A stretch of DNA of 64,000 nucleotides, from assembly GCA_965248815.1 (NCBI GenBank), contig CBDFKK010000005.1:119835-183834 (forward strand), given 5' to 3'. This stretch comes from Alphaproteobacteria bacterium. Its GTDB lineage: Bacteria > Pseudomonadota > Alphaproteobacteria > SMXP01. Both the position numbers and the translations under genes were made by a program. The notes beneath the pieces are model-generated. The model had not been told where the DNA came from and searched no databases. It saw nothing but the letters and a program-made list of their open reading frames with translations. Numbering within the stretch: position 1 is the stretch's first letter; each line of letters begins with the position of its first letter. This document shows positions 19,028 to 29,319 of the stretch, piece after piece.

Positions 19028-20671
19028 ATGTCCCCTGATGATGATCCTCCCACTTCCCGCGACGATGAAGTTGCGTCAATGACCGAGACAAGTATGAACT
19101 TAGATGAACTTGGTTCGAATGGCGGAACTAATGGCGGATCCGGCAATGGTCTGCCGTCCAGTGGTACAACGTCCACCAATGGCGAAACAAGGACGCAAGG
19201 AACGTCATCTCTGCTGAACGATTTGCGCCAACAACCGTGCAACATTGAAGCTGAACAAGCGTTGCTCGGCGCACTCATGTTTGACAACGAAACCTACTAC
19301 CGCATTTCAGATGTTCTAAAAGCCGAATACTTTTTCGATCCGCTGCACGAGCGCATTTTCCACGCCGTTACGGAACTCATTCGTCGCGGCCAATTGGCAA
19401 ATCCAATTACGCTCAAAACATATTTCGAGAATGATCCCGCAATGGAACAAGCGGGCGGCACTGCATATCTTGCGAAACTGGCAAGCTTTGCACCAACGAT
19501 CATCAATGCTCCGGAATACGCACGCACCATTTTCGAGTTGCACCAGCGCCGCGGACTTGTCCATATCGGCGAAGACATGGTCAATACGGCCACGAGCCCG
19601 TTGGTTGAAGATGCGCCAAGCCATCAAATTAATGAGGCTGAACAGAAGCTCTATGAACTGGCTGAAAGCGGCCGTTACGACGGCGGGTTCTTTTCCTTCT
19701 CGGAAGCCGCCGAAATCGCCGTCGAAATGGCCAATAAAGCCTATCAACGAGACGGCGGGCTATCGGGTGTCGGGACTGGATTTATTGATTTGGATCGGCT
19801 CTTGGGCGGTTTACACAGCTCAGACCTCATAATCTTGGCCGGACGGCCTTCCATGGGAAAGACGTCATTGGCCACAAATATCGCGTTCAACGCGGCCAAA
19901 CGTTATCGCGGGGGCAAAAAGGCGGATGGGAGCCCCGAGACTGTTGAAGGCGCAATCGTCGGCTTTTTTTCCCTTGAAATGTCGGCCGACCAGTTGGCCC
20001 TCCGCATTCTGTCCGAGCAATCCAGAATCTCGTCTCACAAATTGCGCAAAGGTGATATCAGCGAGGATGAGTTCCGGCGCTTCGCGACGGCGAACGCCGA
20101 ATTGATAAATCTGCCGTTACACATCGACGATACGGGCGGCCTTTCAATTGCCGCTCTGGCTGCACGGGCGCGGCGATTGCAGCGGCAAAAAGGTCTCGAC
20201 TTGATTGTGGTGGACTATCTTCAATTGGTTACGACATCAAGTTCACGACGGAATGACGGCAGGGTCCAAGAAGTCTCGGAAATTACACAGGGTCTCAAAG
20301 CTCTGGCGAAGGATCTTGGCGTTCCCGTGGTCGCACTCTCGCAATTGTCTCGTAAGGTCGAAGATAGAGATGACAAGAGACCTCAGCTTTCCGACCTACG
20401 TGAATCAGGCGCCATCGAACAAGATGCGGACGTCGTCATGTTCATCTACCGGGAAGAATATTACCTAGAGCGGTTAAAACCGAATGAGAGTGATATCGAT
20501 AAGTTCACTAAGTGGGACGCCGAGATGGAACGCGTTCATGGTCAAGCTGAGGTTATCATCGGCAAGCAACGCCACGGACCGACCGACACGGTCAAGCTTC
20601 AATACGACGGCAACTTCACGCGGTTTGCCAACCTCGCCAGACATGAGCCGCCACAAGATATGCAATTCTAG
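19028..20671 (+). CDS. dnaB: Replicative DNA helicase
   Basis: NIEAEQALLGAL, Walker A AGRPSMGKT, FFSLEMS, DYLQL, LSQLSR, DLRESGAIEQDAD, KQRHGPT; no intein. Start uncertain (19028, 19079 or 19094); the ORF-track start at 18953 would run over the DnaA box. Confidence 0.97.
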   Translation: MSPDDDPPTSRDDEVASMTETSMNLDELGSNGGTNGGSGNGLPSSGTTSTNGETRTQGTSSLLNDLRQQPCNIEAEQALLGALMFDNETYYRISDVLKAEYFFDPLHERIFHAVTELIRRGQLANPITLKTYFENDPAMEQAGGTAYLAKLASFAPTIINAPEYARTIFELHQRRGLVHIGEDMVNTATSPLVEDAPSHQINEAEQKLYELAESGRYDGGFFSFSEAAEIAVEMANKAYQRDGGLSGVGTGFIDLDRLLGGLHSSDLIILAGRPSMGKTSLATNIAFNAAKRYRGGKKADGSPETVEGAIVGFFSLEMSADQLALRILSEQSRISSHKLRKGDISEDEFRRFATANAELINLPLHIDDTGGLSIAALAARARRLQRQKGLDLIVVDYLQLVTTSSSRRNDGRVQEVSEITQGLKALAKDLGVPVVALSQLSRKVEDRDDKRPQLSDLRESGAIEQDADVVMFIYREEYYLERLKPNESDIDKFTKWDAEMERVHGQAEVIIGKQRHGPTDTVKLQYDGNFTRFANLARHEPPQDMQF

Positions 20672-20727
20672 CAGCGGAAGCCGCGGCGCTTGACCCCGGC
20701 AGCGTTGTACCTCCTACTGTCGGCCAA

Positions 20728-21915
20728 TTGGACTTTACCCACGTTAACATTGAGATCGCCGATTTGCCCACGTCCGCTTCCCCCGATGAAAAGTCGATGG
20801 TGCATGGCGATGCCCTGCTGACCATCGATCTTGGCCGTTTGGTTTCGAACTACAAAGAGCTGGCGCGCCGCTCGCTGCCAGCAAAAACGTCGGCCGTCGT
20901 CAAGGCAGACGCCTATGGGACTGGGATCGCTCGTATTGCACCGGCCTTGGCAAATGCGGGCGTCGACGTGTTTTTTGTCGCTCAAGCACATGAAGGCGAA
21001 CAATTGAGAAAGCTGCTTTCTTCTTCATTTCCGTCGGCGGAAATCTTTATATTCGGCGGCGTGCGCCAGCAGACGGCCGAACTTATTCGAAAGCACAATT
21101 TGATCCCGGTTCTAAATTCGCTGGACCAAGTAGATCTTTGGGCTGCTATGGGTCGCACGGAGACCGCGCTTCCGGCCGCACTTCATGTAGACACAGGCAT
21201 GAACAGGCTTGGTCTAGATATTTCGGAAGTCAAAGAGCTTCATACAAATCCCGCTCGCCTTGACGGACTTGATCTTAAATTAATTATGAGTCATTTGGCC
21301 TGCGCTGATACGCCAGCTCACCCTTTAAATCACAAACAGCTTGTCCGATTTAAGAACGTTTGTAACCTTCTTCCCGATGTGCCGCGCAGTTTGGCAAATT
21401 CTGCGGGTATTCTTCTTGGTGCGGAATATCACTTTGATATGACCCGCCCCGGCATCGGCCTATACGGAGGCAATCCTTGTCCGTCGCTGAGCAATCCCGT
21501 TGCGTCCATAGTTAAGCTTGAGGCACCCATCCTTCAGCTCCGTCATGTAGAATTGGGAGAGAGTATAGGTTATGGTGCCGCCGCAACCGCCGAGAGACCT
21601 ACACGCATCGCCGTCATCTCGGTGGGATATGCAGACGGAATGCCCCGCGCGCTGGGCGCCGCCGGCCATTTCTATTTTTCCGGAAAAAGAGTGAAGATTG
21701 TCGGCCGCATTTCGATGGACTTGATTGCGGTCGACGTCACGGATATTCCTACCAACGAAATTAACGTCGAAGGGAAGATCGAAATCATTGGGGATCACGC
21801 AAAGTTAGAGAGTTTGGCCGAAGAAGCCGGAACGATCTCCTATGAATTGTTGACGGGACTGGGGCGGCGTTACGCCAGACACTACGAAGGCGAAGAGGAA
21901 GCGACGGGGGGATGA
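20728..21915 (+). CDS. alr: Alanine racemase
   Basis: AVVKADAYG (PLP Lys), HVDTGMNRLG, MSHLACAD, RPGIGLYG, GRISMD. Start may be the ATG at 20797. Confidence 0.97.
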   Translation: MDFTHVNIEIADLPTSASPDEKSMVHGDALLTIDLGRLVSNYKELARRSLPAKTSAVVKADAYGTGIARIAPALANAGVDVFFVAQAHEGEQLRKLLSSSFPSAEIFIFGGVRQQTAELIRKHNLIPVLNSLDQVDLWAAMGRTETALPAALHVDTGMNRLGLDISEVKELHTNPARLDGLDLKLIMSHLACADTPAHPLNHKQLVRFKNVCNLLPDVPRSLANSAGILLGAEYHFDMTRPGIGLYGGNPCPSLSNPVASIVKLEAPILQLRHVELGESIGYGAAATAERPTRIAVISVGYADGMPRALGAAGHFYFSGKRVKIVGRISMDLIAVDVTDIPTNEINVEGKIEIIGDHAKLESLAEEAGTISYELLTGLGRRYARHYEGEEEATGG

Positions 21916-22685
21916 ATATTTTCGCGCATGTCGGGCGAGCAGCACTTCTCTTCCTTGGAGTAGTCGGCAACCTTTCCCGATTCACCGTCAAAAGCGTTTG
22001 GCATACGCTGACTCCGCCATTCTTTCTTCGGTTAACGGGCCGACAACTTCTTCGCATCGGTTATTTTTCTTTACCTGTCGTCGGGCTGACGGCGTTTTTT
22101 ACTGGCGGCGTTCTCGCCTTACAGATTTACATCGGCGGGTCGCGATTTAACGCCGAAGGTATCGTCGCCAATATTGTGGTCCTCGGCATTACGCGCGAGC
22201 TTGGTCCCGTTCTTGCGGGCCTCATGGTTGCAGGACGAGTGAGCGCGGCGATCGCTGCTGAAATCGGCACCATGCGCGTGACCGAACAAATCGATGCACT
22301 ATCCACTCTCTCAACCAATCCGTTCAAATATTTGATGGCCCCACGGATCTTGGCTGCTGTGATCTGCCTGCCTCTTTTGGTTGCTATTGCCGACACGATC
22401 GGCGTCTTTGGCGGCTACGTGGTGGGTACACAAAGCCTGGGCTTCAACCCCGCCGTCTATTTGAAAAATACGGTCGATTTTCTCGAAATGGGCGACGTCA
22501 CGTCCGGTCTTATCAAAGCCGCCGTGTTCGGTTTTATTATCGCGCTTATGGGCTGCTACAACGGCTACTACAGCGAAGGAGGCGCCCAAGGCGTTGGTCG
22601 CGCGACAACAAACGCTGTGGTGTCTGCATCAATTTTGATACTTGCGTCGAACTATTTCATGACGTCGATTTTCTTTTCTGAGTAA
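21912..22685 (+). CDS. mlaE: MlaE-family lipid ABC transporter permease
   Basis: RELGPVLAGLMVAGRV...AEIGTMRVTEQIDAL, GVGRATTNAVV. Confidence 0.93.
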   Translation: MNIFAHVGRAALLFLGVVGNLSRFTVKSVWHTLTPPFFLRLTGRQLLRIGYFSLPVVGLTAFFTGGVLALQIYIGGSRFNAEGIVANIVVLGITRELGPVLAGLMVAGRVSAAIAAEIGTMRVTEQIDALSTLSTNPFKYLMAPRILAAVICLPLLVAIADTIGVFGGYVVGTQSLGFNPAVYLKNTVDFLEMGDVTSGLIKAAVFGFIIALMGCYNGYYSEGGAQGVGRATTNAVVSASILILASNYFMTSIFFSE

Positions 22686-22690
22686 GTCCG

Positions 22691-23467
22691 ATGAGCCAAC
22701 ATCCAAAAATATCGCTCCGCGGTATCGAGAAAAGTTTTGGACCAAAAGGTGTTTTGCGCGGAATTGATTTGGATGTTCATACCGGATCTTCTCTTGTAGT
22801 GATTGGCGGATCGGGCACCGGCAAATCAGTTATGATCAAAACCATCTTGGGTCTTATTAAACCAGACGCGGGATCCATAAAGTTTGACGGCGTTGAAATG
22901 ACCACATTAGGCGTACGAGACCGCGAGCAGATACTGGGCCGCTGCGGCATGTTGTTTCAAGGCGCTGCACTTTTCGACAGCCTTTCGGTTTGGGAGAATG
23001 TTGCGTTCGGCCTAATTCAGGGCCAGCACATGCGAAGGACAGAGGCCAAAGACGTGGCCATCGGCGCGCTCGCCAAAGTGGGTCTCGACTCCGACGTTGC
23101 CAAATTGGATCCTGCGGAATTGTCGGGCGGGATGAAAAAGCGCGTCGGTCTTGCCCGCGCCATCGCCACAAATCCCGATGTTATATTCTTCGACGAGCCG
23201 ACGACGGGTCTCGACCCGATCATGGCAGATATCATCAATAATCTAATTCTCGAGACGGTTAGCGAACTTGGGGCAACGGCGCTGTCCATCACCCACGACA
23301 TGGCCAGCGCGAGCAAGATCGCCGATACGATTGCCATGATCCATGGTGGCAAAATCATTTGGGCGGGCGCCGCCGGAGATATCGGGCAAAGCGGCAACGA
23401 ATTTGTCGATCAGTTTATTCATGGCAAAGCGGAAGGGCCGATCAAAATGGAAGTGCGCTCCGTGTGA
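22691..23467 (+). CDS. mlaF: MlaF-family ABC transporter ATP-binding protein
   Basis: GGSGTGKS, LFQGAALFDSL, LSGGMKKRVGLARA, FFDEPTTGLDP. Confidence 0.9.
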   Translation: MSQHPKISLRGIEKSFGPKGVLRGIDLDVHTGSSLVVIGGSGTGKSVMIKTILGLIKPDAGSIKFDGVEMTTLGVRDREQILGRCGMLFQGAALFDSLSVWENVAFGLIQGQHMRRTEAKDVAIGALAKVGLDSDVAKLDPAELSGGMKKRVGLARAIATNPDVIFFDEPTTGLDPIMADIINNLILETVSELGATALSITHDMASASKIADTIAMIHGGKIIWAGAAGDIGQSGNEFVDQFIHGKAEGPIKMEVRSV

Positions 23468-23569
23468 GCCGACAACAGCGGCGGCGCGCCTCCCTGACTA
23501 CCTCGGTGCGCGCAGCAAGCTATACTGGACGAATTACGATTCTCACTGCAGGCAGATAGACCGGATTGA

Positions 23570-24991
23570 ATGGCCCGTCCCGCTGAACGATATGTGTGCC
23601 AAGACTGCGGCGCGGTTAGCGCCAAGTGGTCGGGCAAATGTGATGCATGCGGCAAGTGGAATACCATGGCGGAAGAGCCGCAACGCGCGGCTCCTCCCGG
23701 AAGCATGCAGGCCGCAAAACCTAAGCGTTCCGGATCAAAGAGGCTATGGAGTGGCGCCAGGGGACAGGTCATTGAATTCACGCCGTTGGCCGGGATCGCG
23801 AAGAGCGAACCGCGCTGGCTCACCGGTATCGACGAGTTCGACCGGGTATGTGGCGGCGGGCTTGTGCAGTCGTCGGCTCTTTTGGTTGGTGGAGATCCGG
23901 GCATCGGCAAGTCGACTTTGCTGTTGCAGATTTGCGCGGCGCTCGGCGAACAGGGGCATGCAACCGTTTACATTTCCGGCGAGGAATCCGTCGAGCAATT
24001 ACAGTTGCGCGCGCAACGTTTAGGCCTTCAAAAGTCCAACGTGTTGCTCGCTGCCGAAACCAGCCTCAGAGATATTTTGGCAAGTTTGGAAAGCGGCCTG
24101 GAAAAATCGCCGCGTCTCTTAGTGATCGACTCGATTCAAACAGTTTGGACTGACACGCTCGATGCCTCCCCAGGAACGGTGAGCCAGGTCCGGGCCTGCG
24201 CCCATGAGCTGGTCCGCTTCGCTAAGAAGAGCCAGACTTCGGTCATTATGGTGGGACATGTCACGAAAGATGGGCAGATCGCTGGGCCGCGCGTGGTCGA
24301 GCACATGGTCGACTCGGTGCTCTACTTTGAAGGCGAGCGCGGTGACCGGTTTCGCATTCTTCGCGCCGTGAAAAACCGATTTGGGGCTGCCGACGAGATC
24401 GGGGTCTTCGATATGAGCGACGCGGGATTGCGCCAAGTCGCGAACCCTTCGGCTCTTTTCCTGGACAATCGGGGACAAAATGTTAGCGGCGCCGCAGTTT
24501 TCGCGGGAATCGAAGGCTCGCGGCCGGTATTGGTCGAGGTCCAAGCCTTGGTCGCACAAAGTGCACTAGGCACCCCCCGGCGCGCCGTCGTCGGTTGGGA
24601 CGCCAGTCGTCTAGCCATGGTTCTCGCCGTGCTCGATTCGCGGTGCGGACTTGGTTTGGCCGCGATGGATGTCTATCTCAATGTAGCCGGCGGCTTGCGG
24701 ATCAGGGAGCCGGCCGCCGATTTGGCCGTGGCCGCGGCGCTGATATCGTCGCGCGCCGATGTGCCTGTGGCTGCCGAAGCGGTCATTTTTGGAGAAATTA
24801 GCCTGTCCGGCGCCATCAGGCCCGTGACCCAAATGGAAAGCCGTCTTAAGGAAGCCGCGAAATTGGGCTTTACACGTGCCATAATCCCGAAGTCCACGGG
24901 CCTGACCCCATCCCTCGATATCACCGAGGTTGAAGTTCTGGCGGCGCTGGTGGATACATTGGGGGCGGGGACGAAAGCGGCAGAGGGGTAA
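23570..24991 (+). CDS. radA: DNA repair protein RadA/Sms
   Basis: C4 zinc finger, GDPGIGKST, KNRFG motif. Confidence 0.98.
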   Translation: MARPAERYVCQDCGAVSAKWSGKCDACGKWNTMAEEPQRAAPPGSMQAAKPKRSGSKRLWSGARGQVIEFTPLAGIAKSEPRWLTGIDEFDRVCGGGLVQSSALLVGGDPGIGKSTLLLQICAALGEQGHATVYISGEESVEQLQLRAQRLGLQKSNVLLAAETSLRDILASLESGLEKSPRLLVIDSIQTVWTDTLDASPGTVSQVRACAHELVRFAKKSQTSVIMVGHVTKDGQIAGPRVVEHMVDSVLYFEGERGDRFRILRAVKNRFGAADEIGVFDMSDAGLRQVANPSALFLDNRGQNVSGAAVFAGIEGSRPVLVEVQALVAQSALGTPRRAVVGWDASRLAMVLAVLDSRCGLGLAAMDVYLNVAGGLRIREPAADLAVAAALISSRADVPVAAEAVIFGEISLSGAIRPVTQMESRLKEAAKLGFTRAIIPKSTGLTPSLDITEVEVLAALVDTLGAGTKAAEG

Positions 24992-24999
24992 GGCCTATC

Positions 25000-25629
25000 A
25001 TGCCACTGACCATGGTCGATATCGTCATTTTGGTGATCGTATTGATTTCGGCGTTGATGGCGCTACTCCGTGGCTTTGTCCGGGAAATGCTTACCATCGT
25101 TGCCTGGGTCGCAGCTCTCGTAGCTGTGATATTTTTCTTACCATTTGTGCGGCCCGTGGCGCGTGGTATTCTCAATCCTCCCTTGCTTGCAGACATCGTA
25201 AGCATTGCAATCATTTTCCTTATCTTTCTAATTCCTGCGCTTTTTTTGACCGGTCGGGCTGGGTCGAGATTTGGCCGCGATGATCCTGGCGTAGTCGATC
25301 GCTTGGGAGGATTCGTCTTTGGCGTTGCACGCGGTCTTTTCATTGTTGGTTTTGTCTATTGGTTCACGAGTCAGATCATGGGCCCGGACAATGAGGAAGA
25401 TTAGCTAGTCAATGCTCGGCTCAGGCCATTTGTCGTTCCCATGGCAAATCTATTTCCGCAAGACATCTGTGCGCTGGCGACAAGTTCACAAAATCGGTCG
25501 GAGCCGGAGGCGCGCAGAGAGGAACCTGAGTCAAAGCCATCGACTGAGGACGGCGAATCTGACAAAGGATATGGCCAGACGGATCGGCTCGGTCTGGACC
25601 AGCTCATTACGACCACAAATGAAGACTAA
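25000..25629 (+). pseudogene. cvpA: CvpA (colicin V production) family membrane protein interrupted by an in-frame TAG at 25402-25404
   Basis: GFVRE and DRLGGFVFGVARG motifs, upstream of purF. The same frame stays open for 74 more codons after the TAG (LVNARLRP...GYGQTDRLGLDQLI) up to TAA at 25627-29. Confidence 0.75.
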
Positions 25630-25677
25630 GCTGGCGACGCAAGTTTGCCGCGAATTAGAGGTGAGGCTTTAGCCTAT

Positions 25678-27144
25678 ATGGACAGCCCAATCGAAAGCTA
25701 TTTGTCGCCTGACGACGACAAGCTGCACGAGGAATGTGGCGTCTTTGGAATTTTCGGCTATAGCGACGCTTCCGCGGTCGCGGCTCTCGGTCTTCACGCT
25801 CTCCAGCATCGCGGACAAGAGGCGGCCGGCATCGTGAGTTTTGACGGCGAACAGTTTCACTCCGAACGCCGTTTGGGATTAGTCGGGGATCACTTTTCTT
25901 CCAGCAAACTCATTAGCCGCCTGCCAGGGGCCGCCGCCGTGGGGCACAATCGCTATTCGACGACCGGCGGCACCGTCAACCGGAACATCCAGCCCTTGTT
26001 TTCGGACTTGGCAGGAGGCGGCTTTGCCGTCGCCCATAACGGTAACCTCACCAATGCGCTAACCTTGCGCGAAGAACTGGTTGATCGCGGCGCAATTTTT
26101 CAAAGCACATCCGACACGGAAGTCATTCTTCATCTTTTGGCGCGCAGTCCGAAGACACGCATTGTTGAGTGCTTGATTGATGCTTTACGCCAGATCGAGG
26201 GTGCTTATGGATTGGTCGCGTTGACCAACAAGAAACTCATTGGGGCGCGAGATCCGCTAGGCATTCGGCCGCTGGTCTTGGGCAAACTCGACGAGTCATA
26301 TGTCTTGTGTTCTGAAACCTGCGCCCTCGACATTATCGGAGCGAAGTTTATTCGCGATGTCGAGCCGGGTGAAATCGTCGTCATCACAAAAGATGGGCTC
26401 TCGAGCATGAAGCCCTTCCCTCCCGCGCCTGCCCGACCGTGTATTTTTGAATACATTTATTTTGCAAGACCAGACAGCATCGTAGGTGGCAAAAGCGTTT
26501 ATGAAGTGCGGAAAAAAATGGGAAGCGAGTTGGCACAAGAATGGCCCGCGGACGCTGATGTTATCATCCCGGTTCCCGACTCCGGCACACCCGCAGCCAT
26601 TGGATTTGCCTCACAAATCGGCCTACCATTCGAACTTGGCATCATCAGAAACCACTATGTTGGCCGCAGCTTTATCGAACCGACACAGCAAATTCGAGAA
26701 TTACGCGTCAAACTTAAGCACAATATCAATCAGCCCGTGGTTGACGGTAAAAGGATCGTGCTTGTGGATGACAGCATCGTGCGGGGCACGACATCGAAGA
26801 AGATCGTAAAAATGACCCGCGAGGCTGGAGCGCGTGAAGTCCACATGCGTATCGCAAGCCCGCCGATCACCCATCCGTGTTACTACGGTATCGATACGCC
26901 GGATCGAAACGAGTTGTTGGCGGCATCTCGCGACCTTGCGGACATGGCGGAGTTTATCGGCGTTGACAGCCTAGGATTCCTGTCAGTCGATGGACTTTAC
27001 AAAGCAATGGGCGAAGGGAAACGCAATCCACGGATGCCTCAGTACACGGACCATTGCTTTACGGGAGAATACCCAACGCGCTTAAGAGATAAAGAATCGC
27101 TGCCCCGCCAACGCCAACTTTCTCTCTTAGCCGAAACCGCTTGA
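25678..27144 (+). CDS. purF: Amidophosphoribosyltransferase
   Basis: LHEECGVFG (N-terminal nucleophile Cys), QHRGQEAAG, CIFEYIYFARPDS, VDDSIVRGTT; GAGGTGAGG RBS before ATG 25678. Confidence 0.98.
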   Translation: MDSPIESYLSPDDDKLHEECGVFGIFGYSDASAVAALGLHALQHRGQEAAGIVSFDGEQFHSERRLGLVGDHFSSSKLISRLPGAAAVGHNRYSTTGGTVNRNIQPLFSDLAGGGFAVAHNGNLTNALTLREELVDRGAIFQSTSDTEVILHLLARSPKTRIVECLIDALRQIEGAYGLVALTNKKLIGARDPLGIRPLVLGKLDESYVLCSETCALDIIGAKFIRDVEPGEIVVITKDGLSSMKPFPPAPARPCIFEYIYFARPDSIVGGKSVYEVRKKMGSELAQEWPADADVIIPVPDSGTPAAIGFASQIGLPFELGIIRNHYVGRSFIEPTQQIRELRVKLKHNINQPVVDGKRIVLVDDSIVRGTTSKKIVKMTREAGAREVHMRIASPPITHPCYYGIDTPDRNELLAASRDLADMAEFIGVDSLGFLSVDGLYKAMGEGKRNPRMPQYTDHCFTGEYPTRLRDKESLPRQRQLSLLAETA

Positions 27145-27171
27145 TCCCGTCCCCGATTGGGGTCACATCCC

Positions 27172-27915
27172 ATGTCTCAATCCCATCAAAACACAGGACG
27201 TTTGGCAGATCGCATTGCGGTCGTAACCGGCGCCTCTCGCGGCATCGGCCGCGCCGTCGCCCTTGCCTTTGCCTGCGAGGGTGCGCACACCATTTTGATC
27301 GCGCGCACGGTGGGCGGTCTTGAAGAGCTGGATGACGAAATCACCAAGCTTGGCGGCAGCGCGACGCTGGTGCCTCTCGATATCGCAGACTTTGATGCAC
27401 TTGATCGATTGGGCGCCCAAATTTTTGAACGCTGGGGCAAGCTTGACGTGCTCGTCGCAAATGCCGGTATTCTCGGATCGCTCACGCCAATCCCTCATAT
27501 CGAGCCTAGCGAGTGGCAAAGCGTATTGGATATCAATCTAACGGCAAATTGGCGCCTACTGCGATCATTGGATCCTTTGTTGAAAAAGTCGGACGCTGGC
27601 CGCGTTATTTTCGTGAGCTCAGGCGTCGCACAAAGTCACAAAGCCTATTGGGCGACTTACGCCATTTCCAAAGCGGCTGTCGAAGCGCTCTCGAACATTT
27701 ACGCGGCCGAGTGTGCTAGCACGAACGTCAAATCCAATATCATCAATCCAGGCGGCACGCGCACGCACATGCGCGCACAGGCCTTTCCTGGGGAAGATCC
27801 TCTCACGCTACCGCATCCCGAAGAGTTGGCACCGCTTTTTGTGGAGCTGGCCGACCCAAGATGCACCTTAACGGGCGAGCGCGTCGATTTTCAGGATTGG
27901 AAAGCCCGTCAATAG
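27172..27915 (+). CDS. Short-chain dehydrogenase/reductase (YciK-like)
   Basis: TGASRGIG, NAG, YAISK, NPGGTRTHMRAQAFPGED. Confidence 0.88.
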   Translation: MSQSHQNTGRLADRIAVVTGASRGIGRAVALAFACEGAHTILIARTVGGLEELDDEITKLGGSATLVPLDIADFDALDRLGAQIFERWGKLDVLVANAGILGSLTPIPHIEPSEWQSVLDINLTANWRLLRSLDPLLKKSDAGRVIFVSSGVAQSHKAYWATYAISKAAVEALSNIYAAECASTNVKSNIINPGGTRTHMRAQAFPGEDPLTLPHPEELAPLFVELADPRCTLTGERVDFQDWKARQ

Positions 27916-29283
27916 CTAATCTTTTTCGACGTAAGGATTCTTTCCTTGACGTATCCGCATGCGGATAGGTACGCCTGGAAAATCAAACGCCCTACGAATG
28001 CCGTTGACCAAATAGCGTTTGTAGGATTCCGGTAATTGGGACGCACGCGACGCGAAAAGAACAAATGTCGGAGGACGCGTCTTGATTTGCGACATGTACC
28101 TCAATCGAATGCGCCGGCCCCTAACCGCAGGCGGGGGATGGCGTTCCTCGATTTCGCCCAGCCATTGATTGAGATCAGGAGTTTTGACCTGCGCCGACCA
28201 GTTCTTATGAACTTGTTCAATGGCCGACATAAGGTCCTCAAGCCCACGTCTTTGCAAGGCCGAAAGTCTTACGATTGGCACGCCAGCGATTTGAGGCAGC
28301 AACCTGTCCGTGCGCTCTTTCAGATCTGCCCACGCCGCTGCCGTGTCACCAACAAGATCCCATTTATTAAACGCAATAATAATGGCGCGGCCCTCGTCCG
28401 CCACAAGGTCCGCGATTTGAAGATCCTGCTTATCGAAAGCCTGTTCCGGCTCCATCAGGAGCACGACGACATCTGCAAACCGGATGGCACGCAATGTATC
28501 GCTCACGGAAAGCTTTTCAATTTTGTCGCTGACGCGGGACCGGCGGCGCACGCCTGCCGTATCGAACAATTTGAACGGCCTTCCTTCCCATTCCCAATCA
28601 ACGCTAATTGAATCCCGCGTCGTGCCGGCGACCGGGCCGGTCAAGACGCGCTCTTTGCCCAACATTTGATTGACCAGTGTCGACTTTCCGACGTTCGGCC
28701 GCCCGACGATCGCGAGTTGAATAGGCCGGTCCGGTTTTTCTGGCGCATTCAACTCTGACGTATCTTGATCGTCGGCTTCGAGCTCGCTGACCGAAACAGC
28801 GGCGACAAGGGCCCTGTATATATCACTCATTCCTTCGCCGTGTTCAGCGGAAATGGCGACAGGATCTCCCATACCAAGTCTGAATGCGTCGTAGAAACCT
28901 TCGTCGCCTCTCACGCTTTCGCATTTGTTGGCCACAAGAACGACGTTCGCTTTGCGGCGGCGCAACTGATCGGCAAAATGTTGATCGTGAGGTGTAATGC
29001 CGGCTCGCGCATCAATGAGAAATAGAGACACGTCCGCCTCTTCAATCGCGATATCGGTTTGCTGCTGAATACGCGCCTCTAAATTTTCCCCGGAAGCTTC
29101 ATCGAAACCCGCAGTGTCGATGACTTTGAAAGTGAGATCGCCGAGCTGCGCTTCACCTTCGCGCCGATCACGCGTGACACCAGGCTGGTCGTGCACCAGC
29201 GCCAATCGCTTTCCTACAAGACGATTAAATAATGTGGACTTACCGACGTTGGGCCGTCCTGTAATCGCGACTGTAAAAGTCAT
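27916..29283 (-). CDS. der: Ribosome biogenesis GTPase Der/EngA
   Basis: Two GTPase domains (GRPNVGKSTL twice, DTAG twice) and a C-terminal KH-like domain. Confidence 0.98.
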   Translation of the reverse strand: MTFTVAITGRPNVGKSTLFNRLVGKRLALVHDQPGVTRDRREGEAQLGDLTFKVIDTAGFDEASGENLEARIQQQTDIAIEEADVSLFLIDARAGITPHDQHFADQLRRRKANVVLVANKCESVRGDEGFYDAFRLGMGDPVAISAEHGEGMSDIYRALVAAVSVSELEADDQDTSELNAPEKPDRPIQLAIVGRPNVGKSTLVNQMLGKERVLTGPVAGTTRDSISVDWEWEGRPFKLFDTAGVRRRSRVSDKIEKLSVSDTLRAIRFADVVVLLMEPEQAFDKQDLQIADLVADEGRAIIIAFNKWDLVGDTAAAWADLKERTDRLLPQIAGVPIVRLSALQRRGLEDLMSAIEQVHKNWSAQVKTPDLNQWLGEIEERHPPPAVRGRRIRLRYMSQIKTRPPTFVLFASRASQLPESYKRYLVNGIRRAFDFPGVPIRMRIRQGKNPYVEKD

Positions 29284-29319
29284 CTGTCGGCATCTATGAA
29301 GCTGCTCGCGTAGACAAAA

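Noticed and set aside
19028-20671. Intein in DnaB
   Set aside because: The helicase motifs are contiguous and the extra length is confined to the N-terminus.
25402-25404. Genome-wide amber (TAG) reassignment as the explanation for the cvpA stop
   Set aside because: TAG ends many genes here at their normal length (lptF, lptG, lptD, surA, rsmA, rplI, dnaB), so it is a working stop codon.
27913-27918. Convergent SDR and der stop codons abutting with no terminator (TAGCTA)
   Set aside because: This is ordinary tight packing of convergent genes.
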